Assembly: GCF_009914755.1 (NCBI RefSeq)
Contig: NC_060939.1
Length of the DNA: 64,000 bases
Source: the human T2T-CHM13v2.0 reference genome, Homo sapiens
Direction: 5' to 3' (one strand)
A program made the position numbers and the translations under genes. Positions 34,186 to 48,219 of this stretch are shown here, in pieces (position 1 is the stretch's first letter; every line of letters begins with the position of its first letter). Under the pieces are notes generated by a model, which saw nothing but the letters and a program-made list of their open reading frames with translations, was not told the origin of the DNA and did no database searches.

Positions 34186-35361
34186 TCAATGGGGACAAAT
34201 AAAAGACCAGTGATGAGTCCCCAAAACACCGTCCCCAGGGTTTTCCGACAGCCAGCAGCCCCATTGAGCTCCACAAGCTTTTCTAACTATGCAAAAAACC
34301 AACCAGGAAAACAATCACCAACTTGAGGTTTCCAAGGTTGGGTCCTGTTTGAATTTATTTTTATTTTTTAACCCAGCATGTGTCCCTAGACTCAAAGGGA
34401 ACATGAGCCTCAGGGTGCAAACTGTCCTTAGCAGACACTCTTCCCGCTAGCAAGGGACCGCACCGTCACCTGAGGGGCAGCCAAGAGGCGGGCGGTGCAC
34501 CTGTGCCTTCCAGAATAGGAACCCCACCCACTTGCCCCTCTTCCCCACCAACGACACAGCCCAGTAGTTGACTCAGGTGCCAGGAGAGAGCGCGGGGAGG
34601 CTGGGCGGTAGCCAGGGAGACCAAGGGAAGCGGTTGCCAGAGAAATGCGGCGTCAGTCAGGGCCGGGGCTGCAGGCGCGGGGCGGGGGAGGAGAGACGCG
34701 GCCTCCTCCCAGGCGGGCCTGGCGGGAGGCACCCCGGCTTCTAAGAGCGAATTCGGCTCCCGACTCTCTTCCCCCAGCTGAGAGCACGGTGCAAGGGGCC
34801 AGGGCTGCAGGGAGCAAAGTGCCCCCGAAAAATAAGCGCGCGCCCACGAAAGCGCCCAAGAGCCCAGGCGTCTGCCTGGCTTTTCTCGGTCACGGGGTCA
34901 ACGCGGGGCCGCTCACAGAGCCTTCTGGTCTCCCTGGGTCCTCTAGGAATGAGGCAGCAAAGCCTCGGTCGACTCGACCGCTGAGGAACCCATGACATGA
35001 AAAAGCCTCGGGGAATGACGCCGGGTGGGACACCCCAAGGTGAGGACCCCTTTGTGGGTGAGTCCCCCCACACTCAGGTGACTCCAGGCGGGCACAGGCC
35101 CGCCCAACCGCTCGTCATCACGGGGGGCGACTCGTCCAGGGCCCCAGCCGCTGCTCCGCCAAACCTGAGGCCGCCCCTGAGTCTGGGCACCTGGCCTCGT
35201 CCGGAACTGAGGAGAATGACCAGAACGCCAGGCCACATGCACCCACTCGCCAGGCTGAGGGTCCGAACAGCACAGCCCAGAGTGGGCTCGGGTCGCTCCC
35301 CGCCTACGCCACCTCCGCGGCCTGCAAGCCTAACCCTCTCCCGCCCATGACCAGGACCCAC

Positions 35362-35800
35362 CTCAATGCCGCCAGCCCGGCGGGTCTCCCGGGCACGAAG
35401 CCCCGCCAGTCTTCCGCCCTCGCGCCACACTACCTGGCCAGCCCCGCCCCCGAGACTCCCTCTCCGGCGCCAAGCGAAGGTGTGAAGCCACGTGACCTGC
35501 CCAGGATTGGGAAGCCGCACGAGGGGCTTGAGCCCTCCACCTTAAAGGTGCCGCGACCGCCGCCGTCGTGGGGCTCTCCACAGAGCACGGGGTCTACGCC
35601 GTCAGCAGCCCCGCCCCGTCCCGCCCGGGCGCCCCCACCGCGCGCCGGGTGCTAAAGAGACCCGCAGGGGGCGTGAGCTTCCAGCGCCAGCGGCTTCGGG
35701 TCTCCCGTGCGACGGCAGTGTGAGAAAGAAACGTTCCGGGCGCCGGTGCTCCTTTATGTCCGGTCAGCTCCCGTCTGGACAGACGCTCGAGGCCGCCTGG
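35362..35800 (-). other. CPEB1: Candidate alternative non-coding first exon of CPEB1 (5' end uncertain)
   Basis: Good donor GAG|gtgggt at 35361-35360 within the island; TSS cannot be read from sequence. Confidence 0.45.
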
Positions 35801-36080
35801 AGGCCGCAGTGCGGCTCGGAGGCCCCACCGGCCGCCCCCGCAGGGCTGCGGCGCCTTTAAGCCCAAAGGCCCTGAGTCACGAGGAGGCTCCCTGCCCCCC
35901 TCGCCCTCCACCCCTCCACGAGGCCCCACGCCCGCGGGCACGTGACCGCGCCCCGCCCGGGACTCGCCCGCACGGGGCGGGGGATGGGGGTACCGCGGCG
36001 CCGGACCCGGCTGCGCGCGGACCGTTAGCTACTGCGGCCGGGACGCGGCCCCGCCCAGGCGAGCGGCGGGTGGCTCTTAC

Positions 36081-36095
36081 CAGCGGGAACGCCAT
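36081..36095 (-). CDS. CPEB1: CPEB1 first coding exon segment (MAFPL)
   Basis: ccccATGGCGTTCCCGCTG|gtaaga inside the CpG island; phase 0 joins in frame to the exon at 15597, giving [16 protein letters not shown], the known CPEB1 N-terminus. Confidence 0.93.
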
Positions 36096-38169
36096 GGGGC
36101 CGGTGTGGCCCTGCGGGGCTGACGGGCTGACCGGCCAGCCGGCGGGCGAGAGACGCGCACGCACGTGGGCACTATTTTTGCAGCGGGCCGCGCGCAGCCC
36201 CGCACCCCGGCAGCTTATGAAGCTCCTACGAGCCGCTCCTCGGAGCCGCCCCCCGGCCGGATGCGGAGCACCTGTGTCGGCCCCGCCCGGGCCCTCGCCT
36301 CCGCCCCCTCGCGCCCCGCCCCTCCTAGCAGGCCGAGCCGAGGAGGGCTCCGCCGCCCACCCGGAACCCGGCGGGGACTGCCGCCGCTGCTAGCCACAGC
36401 TGCCCCCTGGGGGGCCAGAGACCTAAGCCTGAGCGCGCCATCACCTAAGTGACCCTTGCCGAGTCACTGTCTGCCCTGGGCCTCAGTTTCCCTCTTAACG
36501 AAAGAGGGCACGATTTACAAGCCCCTGCGAGCGGCGGCGATCGCTTCGTCAGTACAGCCTCGTGTCCGCGCTCCTTCTCTTCCAGTGATCTCTCCAGGGC
36601 GAGAGCCTGCCCTGGCATCCTTGGTCGGAACTGTAGCCCCTGGGCTCCAGGAGGCGCACTCACTTTAGACCCTCTGCTCCGTGCGCTGCAGAGGGGGCCG
36701 CGAGAGTCAGGAAGTTCCAGAAAGTTCCAAAGACATCACTGGTCCTCTTTGGACCGGAGTTCTCCGGAGAAACCGCTTCCGGCGCTCCTGACACACTGAG
36801 ATAGAAAGTTTCACAGAAATAGGGCAAGGGATAGGGCGAGGGCTCCAGGGCAGGCGTCCTAGGGCACCTGGCGCAGGGGCGGACCGGAAACCCCAGGCAA
36901 ACGCAGAGTCGGAGATGGCATTCCAGGCGGAAGATCAAGCAAAGGCAGAGAGGGAGGACGGCACCGAGCGGCTCCCTCTGACCAGGACTGAGGATGATGC
37001 GACCTGATACCGCCGGAGGGAAGCCTGGGCCCGGTTTGTAAGGGGCCTTTATTCTGCAGACAGCAGGAAAACTATTAGAGAATTGTAAAAGGGGTTGGCA
37101 GTTGTCGGGTCTGTTTTAAGGTGTTGCTGGAGACATAGAAGAGGTTGGACAGAAAAGGGGGAAAACAAGGGACTGGAGTGGGGAGGAAAGGGACCAGAGT
37201 TTATTGAACATTGCTAAGTGTTTTACATGTGTCATGTTATGATGATACTATTTAATAAGCACTAACTATGCTCCGGTCCTCTCCTGGCACTTAGGAAGGA
37301 TGGTGCTGCCGTCTTCCTGGGCTTGATCTAATGGCTAAGGGGAGAGGGACAGGTAACTGTCAGTTTCTGCCTGAGGTGATGGAGAAAGAGGAAGCTGATA
37401 TTATAGTCTAGTGTTTCAGAAGGATTAAGGGGGGAAGGGTGGTGAGCATAAGAGTAGAAGTCCACGAGGGGGTGAGTGACAGTGGGAGTTGGCCAGTCTC
37501 CATCCACTTGGTCTACTTACAGGAGCTTCTTTGGGTTGCTGAGGTCATGGGCAGAAAGGGTGATGACTACAGGGACAAGGCAGGAGCAACTTCGCTGGGA
37601 CCCCTACCTCTTGAGCCATGCTTTCTCCAGGAGTAGCCTACTTGAGTCTTGTCCTGGCCCACAAGCAGCGTAGGACGGCTGCTTCTGATAGGGTGGCACA
37701 CCCAGATGCCTACAGCACAGGAGCCAAGTGAGGGTGGGCGACAGCACTGAAGGCCCAAGGCACACCCAAAAGGGCTGTTAGCTGGTGGGCACCATGTAGA
37801 AACGAGGTCCCAGCCCAGTCATCTTTCAAGAAAAGCTGGAAGTACTTTTTTAAGTGAAATCTTGAATGTGAATTTTAATGTTGGTTATTAATTCAAATGA
37901 AAAGAGCCAAGCCCAGCATGTCCAGGGGCCCCATGCAGCTCACCGGCTGCCAGTTTGTGATCCCTGACATCGTTTCCTCCTCTCTGACCCAAAAGCTGAG
38001 CAAGATAAGAACCTGAAACCCAGAATAGTGCCCAAGGGAGCGGGTGTCTGGAGGCCCTGTCATATTTCAAAACTGTCAACCATAAGAAAATGAAGGCATC
38101 TTTCAAGAGACTTGGAACAGAAACTTCTGCTGCCTAAAATCTCTCTCCCTAAACTTTCTGTTGCAGGTA

Positions 38170-38370
38170 ATAATAATAGCTCGTCTTCACTGACCACTTA
38201 CTGTGCGCGTGGGAAAGTTTTGAGTGCTTTACCTATGTTATCTCATTTTGCAGATGAGACTGAAGCTCAAAGAAGTTAAGTAACTTGCCAAAAGACTCCC
38301 AGCTAAAAGTGTGAGAGCAAAGACTCAAACCAAGGCAGTCTTCTGGTTTCAGAGCCTGAAGTCTTAACCA
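38170..38370 (-). mobile_element. MIR
   Basis: cattttgcagatgagactgaagctcaaagaagttaagtaacttgcc. Confidence 0.82.
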
Positions 38371-39085
38371 GGTGAGAATAAAACTTCCAGCATGCTTATG
38401 TGTGTGCTTATCTGTGAATGACCCCAGAGCTGACTGCAGATGTTGAGAGAAGAGGTAACTTTGACCAAATGCAGTCATGACCTCAGGTGTGGGCAAGTCC
38501 TTGTTCCCTACCTGGACTTGGCTAGGCCTGCAGGTCATACAGGAAGAACAGTCCCTCTGAAGGTGACCATAATCCACAGGGCAGGGTGTGGAAAGTGACA
38601 GAGGTGAATTTATTAAATGACTTGGTCAAGTCCCCACAGCTGGTCACTGGCAGAAGCAGCAGAAACAAATAGGCAGCATTATCTATTCTCCCAGTCAACA
38701 AACAGCCTTTGAGCCCAGCTATGCCTGGCACTGTCTCTGCAGTCAAGCCCCAGACTTACAATACTGATTTTAAGTCCAACTATATAATTAGCTGGACTAC
38801 ATTTTAAATATGTGTACTAGGGAAACAGGAGGGACCCTATAGTCTTTTATATGCTCAAGTGTTCAGTGCTTCTGCAGGAGGCAGAGAGCTAAAAGAAGAG
38901 AGAAGTTTGATGGGAGAAAATAATTTCCTGGTTGCAAAAGATAAGAAAAGGAATTCACTCAGGAACTCAAGACCACAAGGTAGACACACACAGTCTCTGC
39001 TCAAGTTTTGCCAAGCTCTGTACAGAAGAAACCATGTTCTTTGTTTTTTCAAGTTCCTTTTAAGTGGGATAAAAAAGTGGATTGG

Positions 39086-39385
<300 letters not shown>

Positions 39386-39601
39386 AGAAAGAGTGGATTG
39401 GCCCCACCTTTCATCGTACACAAAAGTAAGTTAAAAATACAATTCTGAAAAGCTTTACTTAGAATTTTTTCAGAAGAAAATATAGGAGAATTTTTTTTTA
39501 CCTCAGCCCGTGGATGAATTTTGTAAACTTGGAAAAATAAGATTGGAACAATAAGCACAGGATATAAAGGAAGACAATACATTTGACCACACTGGAATTA
39601 A

Positions 39602-39927
<326 letters not shown>

Positions 39928-40261
39928 TAAAGCTTGAAAAGACAAGCCATAGACTGGAAGAAGGTATCTCCAATCCATGTATTTACAAAGAACTAGTTTC
40001 CAGACTATGTAAGAAGTTCTGTAATCAATGAGGAAAAAACACAACTCCACAGAAAAATGGGCAAAAGATGAGAATGGGCAGTTGACACAAGTGAAAATCC
40101 AAATGGCCAATAAACATCAGTAGATGCCCACCCTCATCAGTAACCAGGGAAATGCAAATGAAACCACAATCAGATGCCGTGCCACACTTTTCAAATGGAA
40201 AAAAATGATCAACTTTCACTGTCCCAGTAGCAGGATCACTGCTAGTGAGGGCGTAAACTGA

Positions 40262-40665
<404 letters not shown>

Positions 40666-41737
40666 ACAGTACACAAATCTTAAGTGTATACCGAGGTAAC
40701 CACCACCCGCATGGAGGCATAGAATCTCTCCAGAACCCCCACTGGGTTCCTTCCTGCCCCTTCCCACTTTATACCTCCCTCCTCAAGGTACCGTTACCTT
40801 ACTGCTTTTCATTACAGATTCGTTTAACCTGTTCTAGACTTCATATAATTTTTGGTTTCTTTCATTCAACATACCTGTTAGATCCATCCATGTTGTTGGC
40901 ATGTAGGAGTAGTTTGTTCCTTTGTATTGCTAAGTAGTATTCCATTGTGTAGATACACCATAATTTATTTCTGCATTCTCCTATTGATTGGAATTTGAAT
41001 TCTTTCCACTTCGGGGACTATTATGAATAAAGCTGCTAGAAATATTATTGATGTGAAGTATAGCAACTCTGGTGAGCAATTTGGATTCTCTAGTTAACTT
41101 GAAAAAGTGTATACTCTATGACCCAGCAATTCCATTCCTAGGAAAATATGTTAGAGAAACTTTCATACGTGTTAAGAAACATGAGTAAAAATGTCTGTAG
41201 CTGTTTTGTTAATAGTTACAAAAACAAAACAAAATAAAATAATCTTAAATGCCCACCAACAGGAGAGTGGATCAATAAATTATGGTATAGTCATACAATG
41301 GAATTCTATATATAAGTAAAAGTAAATGAAATACAGCAGATCACATCAACATGACTTACAAACAATATTGAGTGAAAAAGCAGGATGTAGGAGAAAACAT
41401 ACTCTCAGATGCCATTTATATAAAATTTGAAAACGTGTAGTACGCACCACCATCACAAAGTATGGTACTATATATTGTTTAGGAACACGTCTATCTATAG
41501 TAAAAGTACAAAAAAAAGGATGTTATTGATAAACAGAAAATTCAGAATGATTTGCTTCAGGTGGGAAAGGAAGCAGTCATGAAATGAGGGGTGTGGGGGA
41601 CATTGGATTGATGAGCACTGAACTGATGAGTGCTTCAGTTCTCAAGTTGGATGATTAGTATACAGGTGGTTATGATAGTCTCTAAACTTGAAATACATAA
41701 TAATATTTTAAAGAGACAGAGATGGGGATAATTAAGG

Positions 41738-41940
41738 GCCGTGATGTGCTGGTAAATGTTTGACAATTGGCTGGGGGAGGGAAGTGATTTGTAGCATTTG
41801 TCTCTTTCCATGGCATAAAAACTCCCACCACGGCTGATTTCAAATTGTCAGTGTGACATCATCTGGCTCACAAAATTCCTGAATGTGTAATAACAGTCAG
41901 CCCTCATGAGCCAGGAGAAGCCAACTCAGGCACACCACTC
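41738..41940. mobile_element. MER63-like hAT element
   Basis: gatgtgctggtaaatgttt...gcacaccact termini. Confidence 0.65.
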
Positions 41941-42042
41941 AGACACTGAATGTGGGAGCAGAGTGCTCTGAAGGCCAGACTCAGGGATCCAGGCTCCCTG
42001 AGGGCTTTCCCAACAACCTAGGAGATGGGTGGAAGGCTGGAT

Positions 42043-42535
42043 TGTATTATTTATTTATTGCTATTAAGTTACCCCTAAAGCTAAGCAGCTTAAAACAACA
42101 AATATTTATTATCTTGCACAATTTCTGGGAGTCAGGAATCAGAGAATGGCTTAGCTGGCTGGTTCTGGCTCAGAATCTCTCATGAGTTTGTAGTCATGAT
42201 GTCAGCCAGAACTGCAGTCACTTGAAGCTCTGCCTTGGGCTGGAAGATCAGCTTCCAAGCTCACTCAAGTGGGTGCCGGCAAAAGCCTCAGTTCCTTGTC
42301 ACATGGACCTCTCCATATTGCTGCTCAAGACATGGTAGCTGGCTTGAGAGGGAGGAAGAGAACAACCAAGATGGAGGTTCAAAGAATTTTATAACCTAAT
42401 CTGAGAAATGACATACCATCATTTGTATCCTATTATTCACATAACACCAACATTGATAATATGTGGGAGGGAATGACACAAGGATACAGATATCAGGTAG
42501 CAAAGATCATTGGGGAGTATCTTGGAGGTTGAAGG
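42043..42535 (-). mobile_element. MLT1F-like MaLR LTR
   Basis: gcttaaaacaacaaatatttattatc...ggcttagctgg...cacatggacctctcca. Confidence 0.78.
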
Positions 42536-44412
42536 TGAGTGCTGGTTGTCCTGAGATGCTTGTAATGGGTTAGTGGATGCCCAGAGACATGGGAATCAGA
42601 GAGGCCATCCCCTTTGTTTTGCAGCTGGGGAAATTGAGACATTCAGAGATTTACTCGAGAGTATGCAGCTTTTCTTGGTGAGGGTCAGGAGTCCAGGGTC
42701 TTGGTCTTGCCTTGGTACCCATGAGAAACACCAACCCCACCTCTCCCTCCCTGACTTCCCTCTGAAGGTACAGATGCTGAGGTCTTAGCACATCCAAGGT
42801 CAAGGTCACCTTGCCCAAGCTCTCAAGAATTCCTCTTCCTCCATAGGTGTTTCCTTACATTCTTCACAGCCAAAACAAGACAACCCTCCTATTTCCACAT
42901 ACCCTGCCCCTCCCACAGAGGCTGTTGTTAACACATCCCTAATAGCCCCAAAGAGAAGCATCTGCCACTGTGTTGGCATTGCTGGACACAAATCCATGTT
43001 GGCCTTCTGAAATCCCACTGCCACTTGGAGCCTGGTGTCAAACTGTTTCAGGACTCTGTAATCTCTCAGCAAAATGAAACACTGCCCCAAACTGGAAGCA
43101 GACATGAGGAAGTTGTGCTGCCACGCTTTTTCTTGCTGGATGCTGTTTACATGGGTTATTCAGTCTATGAAAATGCATCAAGTTGAGCACTTGTGATCTG
43201 TACAATTTTATGTAGGAATACTATACTTAAATATTCATAAATTTATAAATTATATGTTTACAGATTCATAAATTTAAATACTGAAACTTTAGATTTTTAA
43301 AAAAATATATTTCCAAAGCCAGGGGCGTAATGTATTTGGGGCCTGGATAGAGAGAAGCATTCTTTCTGTTCTCCAGATGCCATAGGGAAGCGAAGCCTCA
43401 GTGACACCATAGCATCTTCTGCAGCAAGGGGGCAGTTGGTAATGGGAAAATAATGGGGGTTCCCAAAGGTCAGGATCAAAAAGTTCAGCCCTAAGTGCTT
43501 TCTTCTAGACAGGTCAGTGGGATTGGGGATGCAGGGAGAGAGACTGGGGTCAAACCAGAGCCATCAAGTCAAAGACCCAAAAAGGTATATACTGCTTCTT
43601 TTCCTTGAGGATACGCCACTTTTAATCCTTATTCTCCATATCCCAACCTGGGCTCCACCCTCCCAGGGACCAATTCACCATCCTTCTCTTGACTCTGGGA
43701 GCCAAAAGACCAGGTGGTGACAGAAGGAAGACTCAGGCTGAGGTCCTCGGGTGGGTCAGAATTTTCCAGTTTTCCCTTTCCTTTCCAAGCCAGGACAGGG
43801 AAAGTCCTCCCACTTTGAGTTCCACCCTCAACACCCATCCTTTTGATGTGGAAGATACACTATTGGGAGGTGACTGTCAAGATGCCAAGCAGAATAGGCT
43901 GAACTAGTGCAGGGGTTTGCCTTAGTCACCAGACAGATGGGAGTTCAAGCATGGGCACAGCTAATGTCGCAACTCCAGGGTCCTTGTAGTGGCTTCCTTG
44001 GTATCTCTAAATGGATCTATTCCCCCGGGTCACCAGCCACTGCAGCTAGCCAGGTGATGCAGCCTGGCTGGAAACGAGCTGTCTCTCTTGCCCATTTGCC
44101 TGGGCATTGTTTTGAAGCCATCCTGGACTAGACTCCAGTTCCCAGCCCCTCTCTGAGCTCATTGTCCTCTGACCCATCAAGGCCTGTGGTCAGGCTCAGA
44201 CCTAGATCCCCACTGATGCACTACCCCATCCTTGTCACTGCCTCTGTGCCAGTCCCTGTGCTTCTATCCACTTCCAGGCCACTTTCGGCCCTTCCTTTGC
44301 ACCAGCAGAGTCCTAAGAGTGCTTCCCAGTCCGTCCTGTGGTCCTGGGCCCCACCTGAATCCCACAGCCCTGGGCTAGTTCCCTGGTTGTCCCATCAAAA
44401 CTATTCATGACT

Positions 44413-44864
<452 letters not shown>

Positions 44865-46699
44865 TCATGGGAAGCATTTTCCCTGCCAACTGAGATCCAG
44901 ACACTCTGTGACCAGGCCCCTAATAACCTGGGGACAAAGTGTCACCACAGTGGCAAAGACTTGGGCCAGTGATAAAATACAGAATACGATATGGGTTGGG
45001 GAAAATGCCCCCGGGGGATGTGGGGGCCCCCAGCCCCTGCAGGTCTGACCTGCTTCCACCTGTGTGTGCTGGGCAGGCCCCCATCTTATCCCTGCACACT
45101 CGCTCAGGTATGCTCATGTGGTAGGGTTGTGGGAGGTATGGCCTTGGAAGAGATGGGCTGGGCTGGAACGAGAGCTGGGGCAACCACTCCCCCTTCCTCT
45201 GTGACTGAGATTCTCTCACTCCAGACCGTTCACTCAGCACAGAACAGGCCCCATGCTCCTCCTGGGTGGGAAATTGCTGCCCCACCAATCTCCCAGCCCA
45301 GCCTTCACCAGCAGCACACCACTCCCCGCTGGGCTCCTTCTGCAGTCATACTCTCCCCTGCCCACACCTTGCTCTCCTGCTTCCTGCCTCTCTCTTTGGT
45401 CAAACACCAGAACCATTTCCTTATGAAGAGTTGCTACTGCTAATGCCAAAGCCTGGGACACATTCCAGAGACACCAACACAGAGCCGTGAAGGTTCCAAC
45501 TCTCTGGACTCTCAGGGTTGGAAATCCCAGTGCCATTTCCAAGAGGTTCTGGGAACCTGGACTGTACTTGAGGAATGTTGTGGGACTTGCCTTTTGCACT
45601 TCTGGTTCCTACAGAATCCCATTTTTTTAAAAGGGGATTTTTTTTTAGAGGTAGGGTCTTGCTAGGTTGTCCAGGATAGAGTGCTATTCACAGGTGTAAT
45701 AATAGTGCAATACAGCCCTGAACTCCTGGCCTCAAGCAGTTCTCCAGTCTCAGCCTTCTGAGTAGCTGGGACTACAGACACATGCCCAGCTCTACTCTGG
45801 GGCTTTTGATATAGAATAAAGGTGGGTAAGGGATTCTCTGATGGTCCTTGTTCAAATTTCTTAGAAAATCACCCTCACCCTCTCTCAGTGCTGTGGGTAG
45901 TGCTGATTCAGAGGCAAAAGTAAGACTGAATCTTACTTTTGACTGGAGGACCATCTCAGAATCTGCAGTGACAAAAACAGTGATCCCAGGGAGACTTTGG
46001 GGCCCCAGGCTCTCAGGGAAGCAGCAGCTCCAGCAGCTCTCTGGTGTCACAGTGCCCAGCAAGTCCCTGGAGCCAGAGGCAGGGCTGTCCCCTGGCACTG
46101 CCTTTGTTCTCCTTCTGTGAGAGGACAGCCACACCTGCTTCACCCCATCTTACCCATGAACAGACATGCTCAGGGATGCCTAAGTGGCAGGGCTGAGGGA
46201 CAGTATGGCCAAGGGCCTAAAGTCTTGGTCACAGAGGATCAGAGGCTGAGGTTCAACATCTCAAACTAACTGGAGTGTGTTCCTTGTAACCCAGTCAATC
46301 AAGATGTTGTGAGGAAAGTGTTCCAAAATCAAAACCAAGTTTGAGTAACACTGCAGGCTGAGAGGTGGTCACAGTGTACATTAGCATAGTAAAAGTTCTG
46401 AGAAGACCTGTAGGAAATGAATTTATTTCACTTAAATCCAAGATTCCTAAACTTATTTGATCATAGACTTTGCAGGGGGCGGGAGGGTACAGAACACATC
46501 CTAATGGAACACCTTTTATACGTTTTAGAACCACTGCTCACTCAGCCTCTTTCTTCACCAGAAAAGGTGTCAGGGAGAGCCCTGACCCCCACTGCACCCA
46601 CCAGGTTTGTTCCAGGTGTGAGCAGATGCTGGTGTCTTGTTACAAATACAGAATCTGCTGCTCTGCCTATGGAGTCGCCATTCTGTTGTTTCTTAATAA

Positions 46700-47011
<312 letters not shown>

Positions 47012-47530
47012 CTGCTTTCACTTAAAAAAAAAATGCAGAATTTCAGACCCCACCCTAGACCTACTAATAGAATCTGCATGTGATGGGATCCCCAGGTGAC
47101 TTGCCACAAAGTGGTTTGAGAAGTACAGTTATGCATCTTCTATTCTTCCACTAAGATGACCAGTGGGTCAGTACCCCAGCCAGGTGGGGCCTCCAGGCCC
47201 CCTAACTGGAGTAGTTGACATATGTTGAACTGAGCACCTGTGTTTGGGGAAGTCCCCATGTTATGAGTCCTTCCTTCCCAAGGGACCGTAAGAAGAACTA
47301 AGGGGGTCTGCCAGCCATTGAAGAGGACTTGTTTTTGCAGAGGCTATAAAAAGGACCAAGGTGCTCTTCCAGCTCTGCCTTGCCACCCCAGCCCAGATGT
47401 CTCTTCCACAGAGATGCCTGCAGACTCCTAGGCATCCTGACCCAGAGATGGTTACCTTGGGGATTCAACAAGAGTTGTTCCTGACAAACCCCTAGAAGGA
47501 AAGGTGAGCCAGCAGCTAGAGAGAAGACAT

Positions 47531-47536
47531 TTTATT
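47531..47536 (-). terminator. AP3B2: AP3B2 polyadenylation signal AATAAA (3'UTR ~47515-47795)
   Basis: Plus-strand tttatt = minus AATAAA, ~260 nt after the stop; upstream UGUA and downstream U/C-rich sequence. Confidence 0.88.
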
Positions 47537-47795
47537 GAGCCTGCTACATAAATAGCTACAGAAATCTGGGAGGACTGAAGGGAGTGGCTGCCATCTCTCT
47601 CTGCACAGATCACTAAGGAATCCATGGGGAGGGCATTAGGGGAGGGCTTGGTCCTCCAGAGGGAGAGAGGACACCCTGAATGCTATCTGGCATGAGGAGG
47701 ATGATGAGAGAGAGAGAGAAAGATGAGAGAGACTGACAGCCTAGGTGTCATGGGGAGGTATAGATGGGAGCCAAACAGGTCACAGCATTTGGAAG

Positions 47796-47946
47796 TCACT
47801 GGGTCAGAGCCTGTATCACATCCTTTACCAGCATGGTGCCAATCACCATTTTCTCGCTGTTGACAGTCAGCTGGGCAGCTCCAGCTGGCCGGGCATCCAG
47901 GGTCAGCAGAACGAGGCTTCCACCAGTCAGTGTCCTCCCTGCAAAC
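47796..47946 (-). CDS. AP3B2: AP3B2 last coding exon ([10 protein letters not shown]...DVIQALTQ-stop)
   Basis: cctcag| acceptor; TGA at 47798-47796; C-terminus recognised. Confidence 0.97.
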
Positions 47947-48080
47947 CTGAGGTGGGAATAGAAGGGGTGAGGAAGAGCTGCTAAGGGTGACTGTGTTTGG
48001 AAGGGGATCAGCAGCTGGGGCTCCTGCTTCAAACCAGGGCCCCCATGCTCATCATTTCCCCTCTACTGGTGGCCTAGTAC

Positions 48081-48219
48081 CTGTACTCATCAGATGTCCC
48101 ACAAGGAACACGACCCAGGTTGGCAGTGGCAGTCACTTTCTGCACCACAATGTGGTCACTCCGACAGGTGTCTGGCAGCATGAGTTTCTCTGTGATCTCA
48201 TTCATGCCCATCAGCTTTC
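48081..48219 (-). CDS. AP3B2: AP3B2 penultimate coding exon ([10 protein letters not shown]...GTSDEY)
   Basis: 139 nt; ccccag| acceptor, |gtacta donor. Confidence 0.96.

Larger units (their letters stand above)
34450..37030. promoter_or_regulatory. CPEB1: CpG island, CPEB1 promoter (probably bidirectional)
   Basis: Very high GC and CpG density, multiple GC boxes, CACGTG at 35489, 35939 and 36162; contains the CPEB1 start codon. Confidence 0.92.

Noticed and set aside
34466-36938. Many 60-228 aa ORFs in the CpG island
   Set aside because: Pro/Arg/Gly/Ala-rich products on both strands are expected from stop-poor GC-rich DNA. Only MAFPL has a splice partner.
47515-47795. Possible CPE in the AP3B2 3'UTR (regulation by the neighbouring CPEB1)
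   Set aside because: No UUUUAU or UUUUAAU found; the U-rich motif is UAUUUAU.
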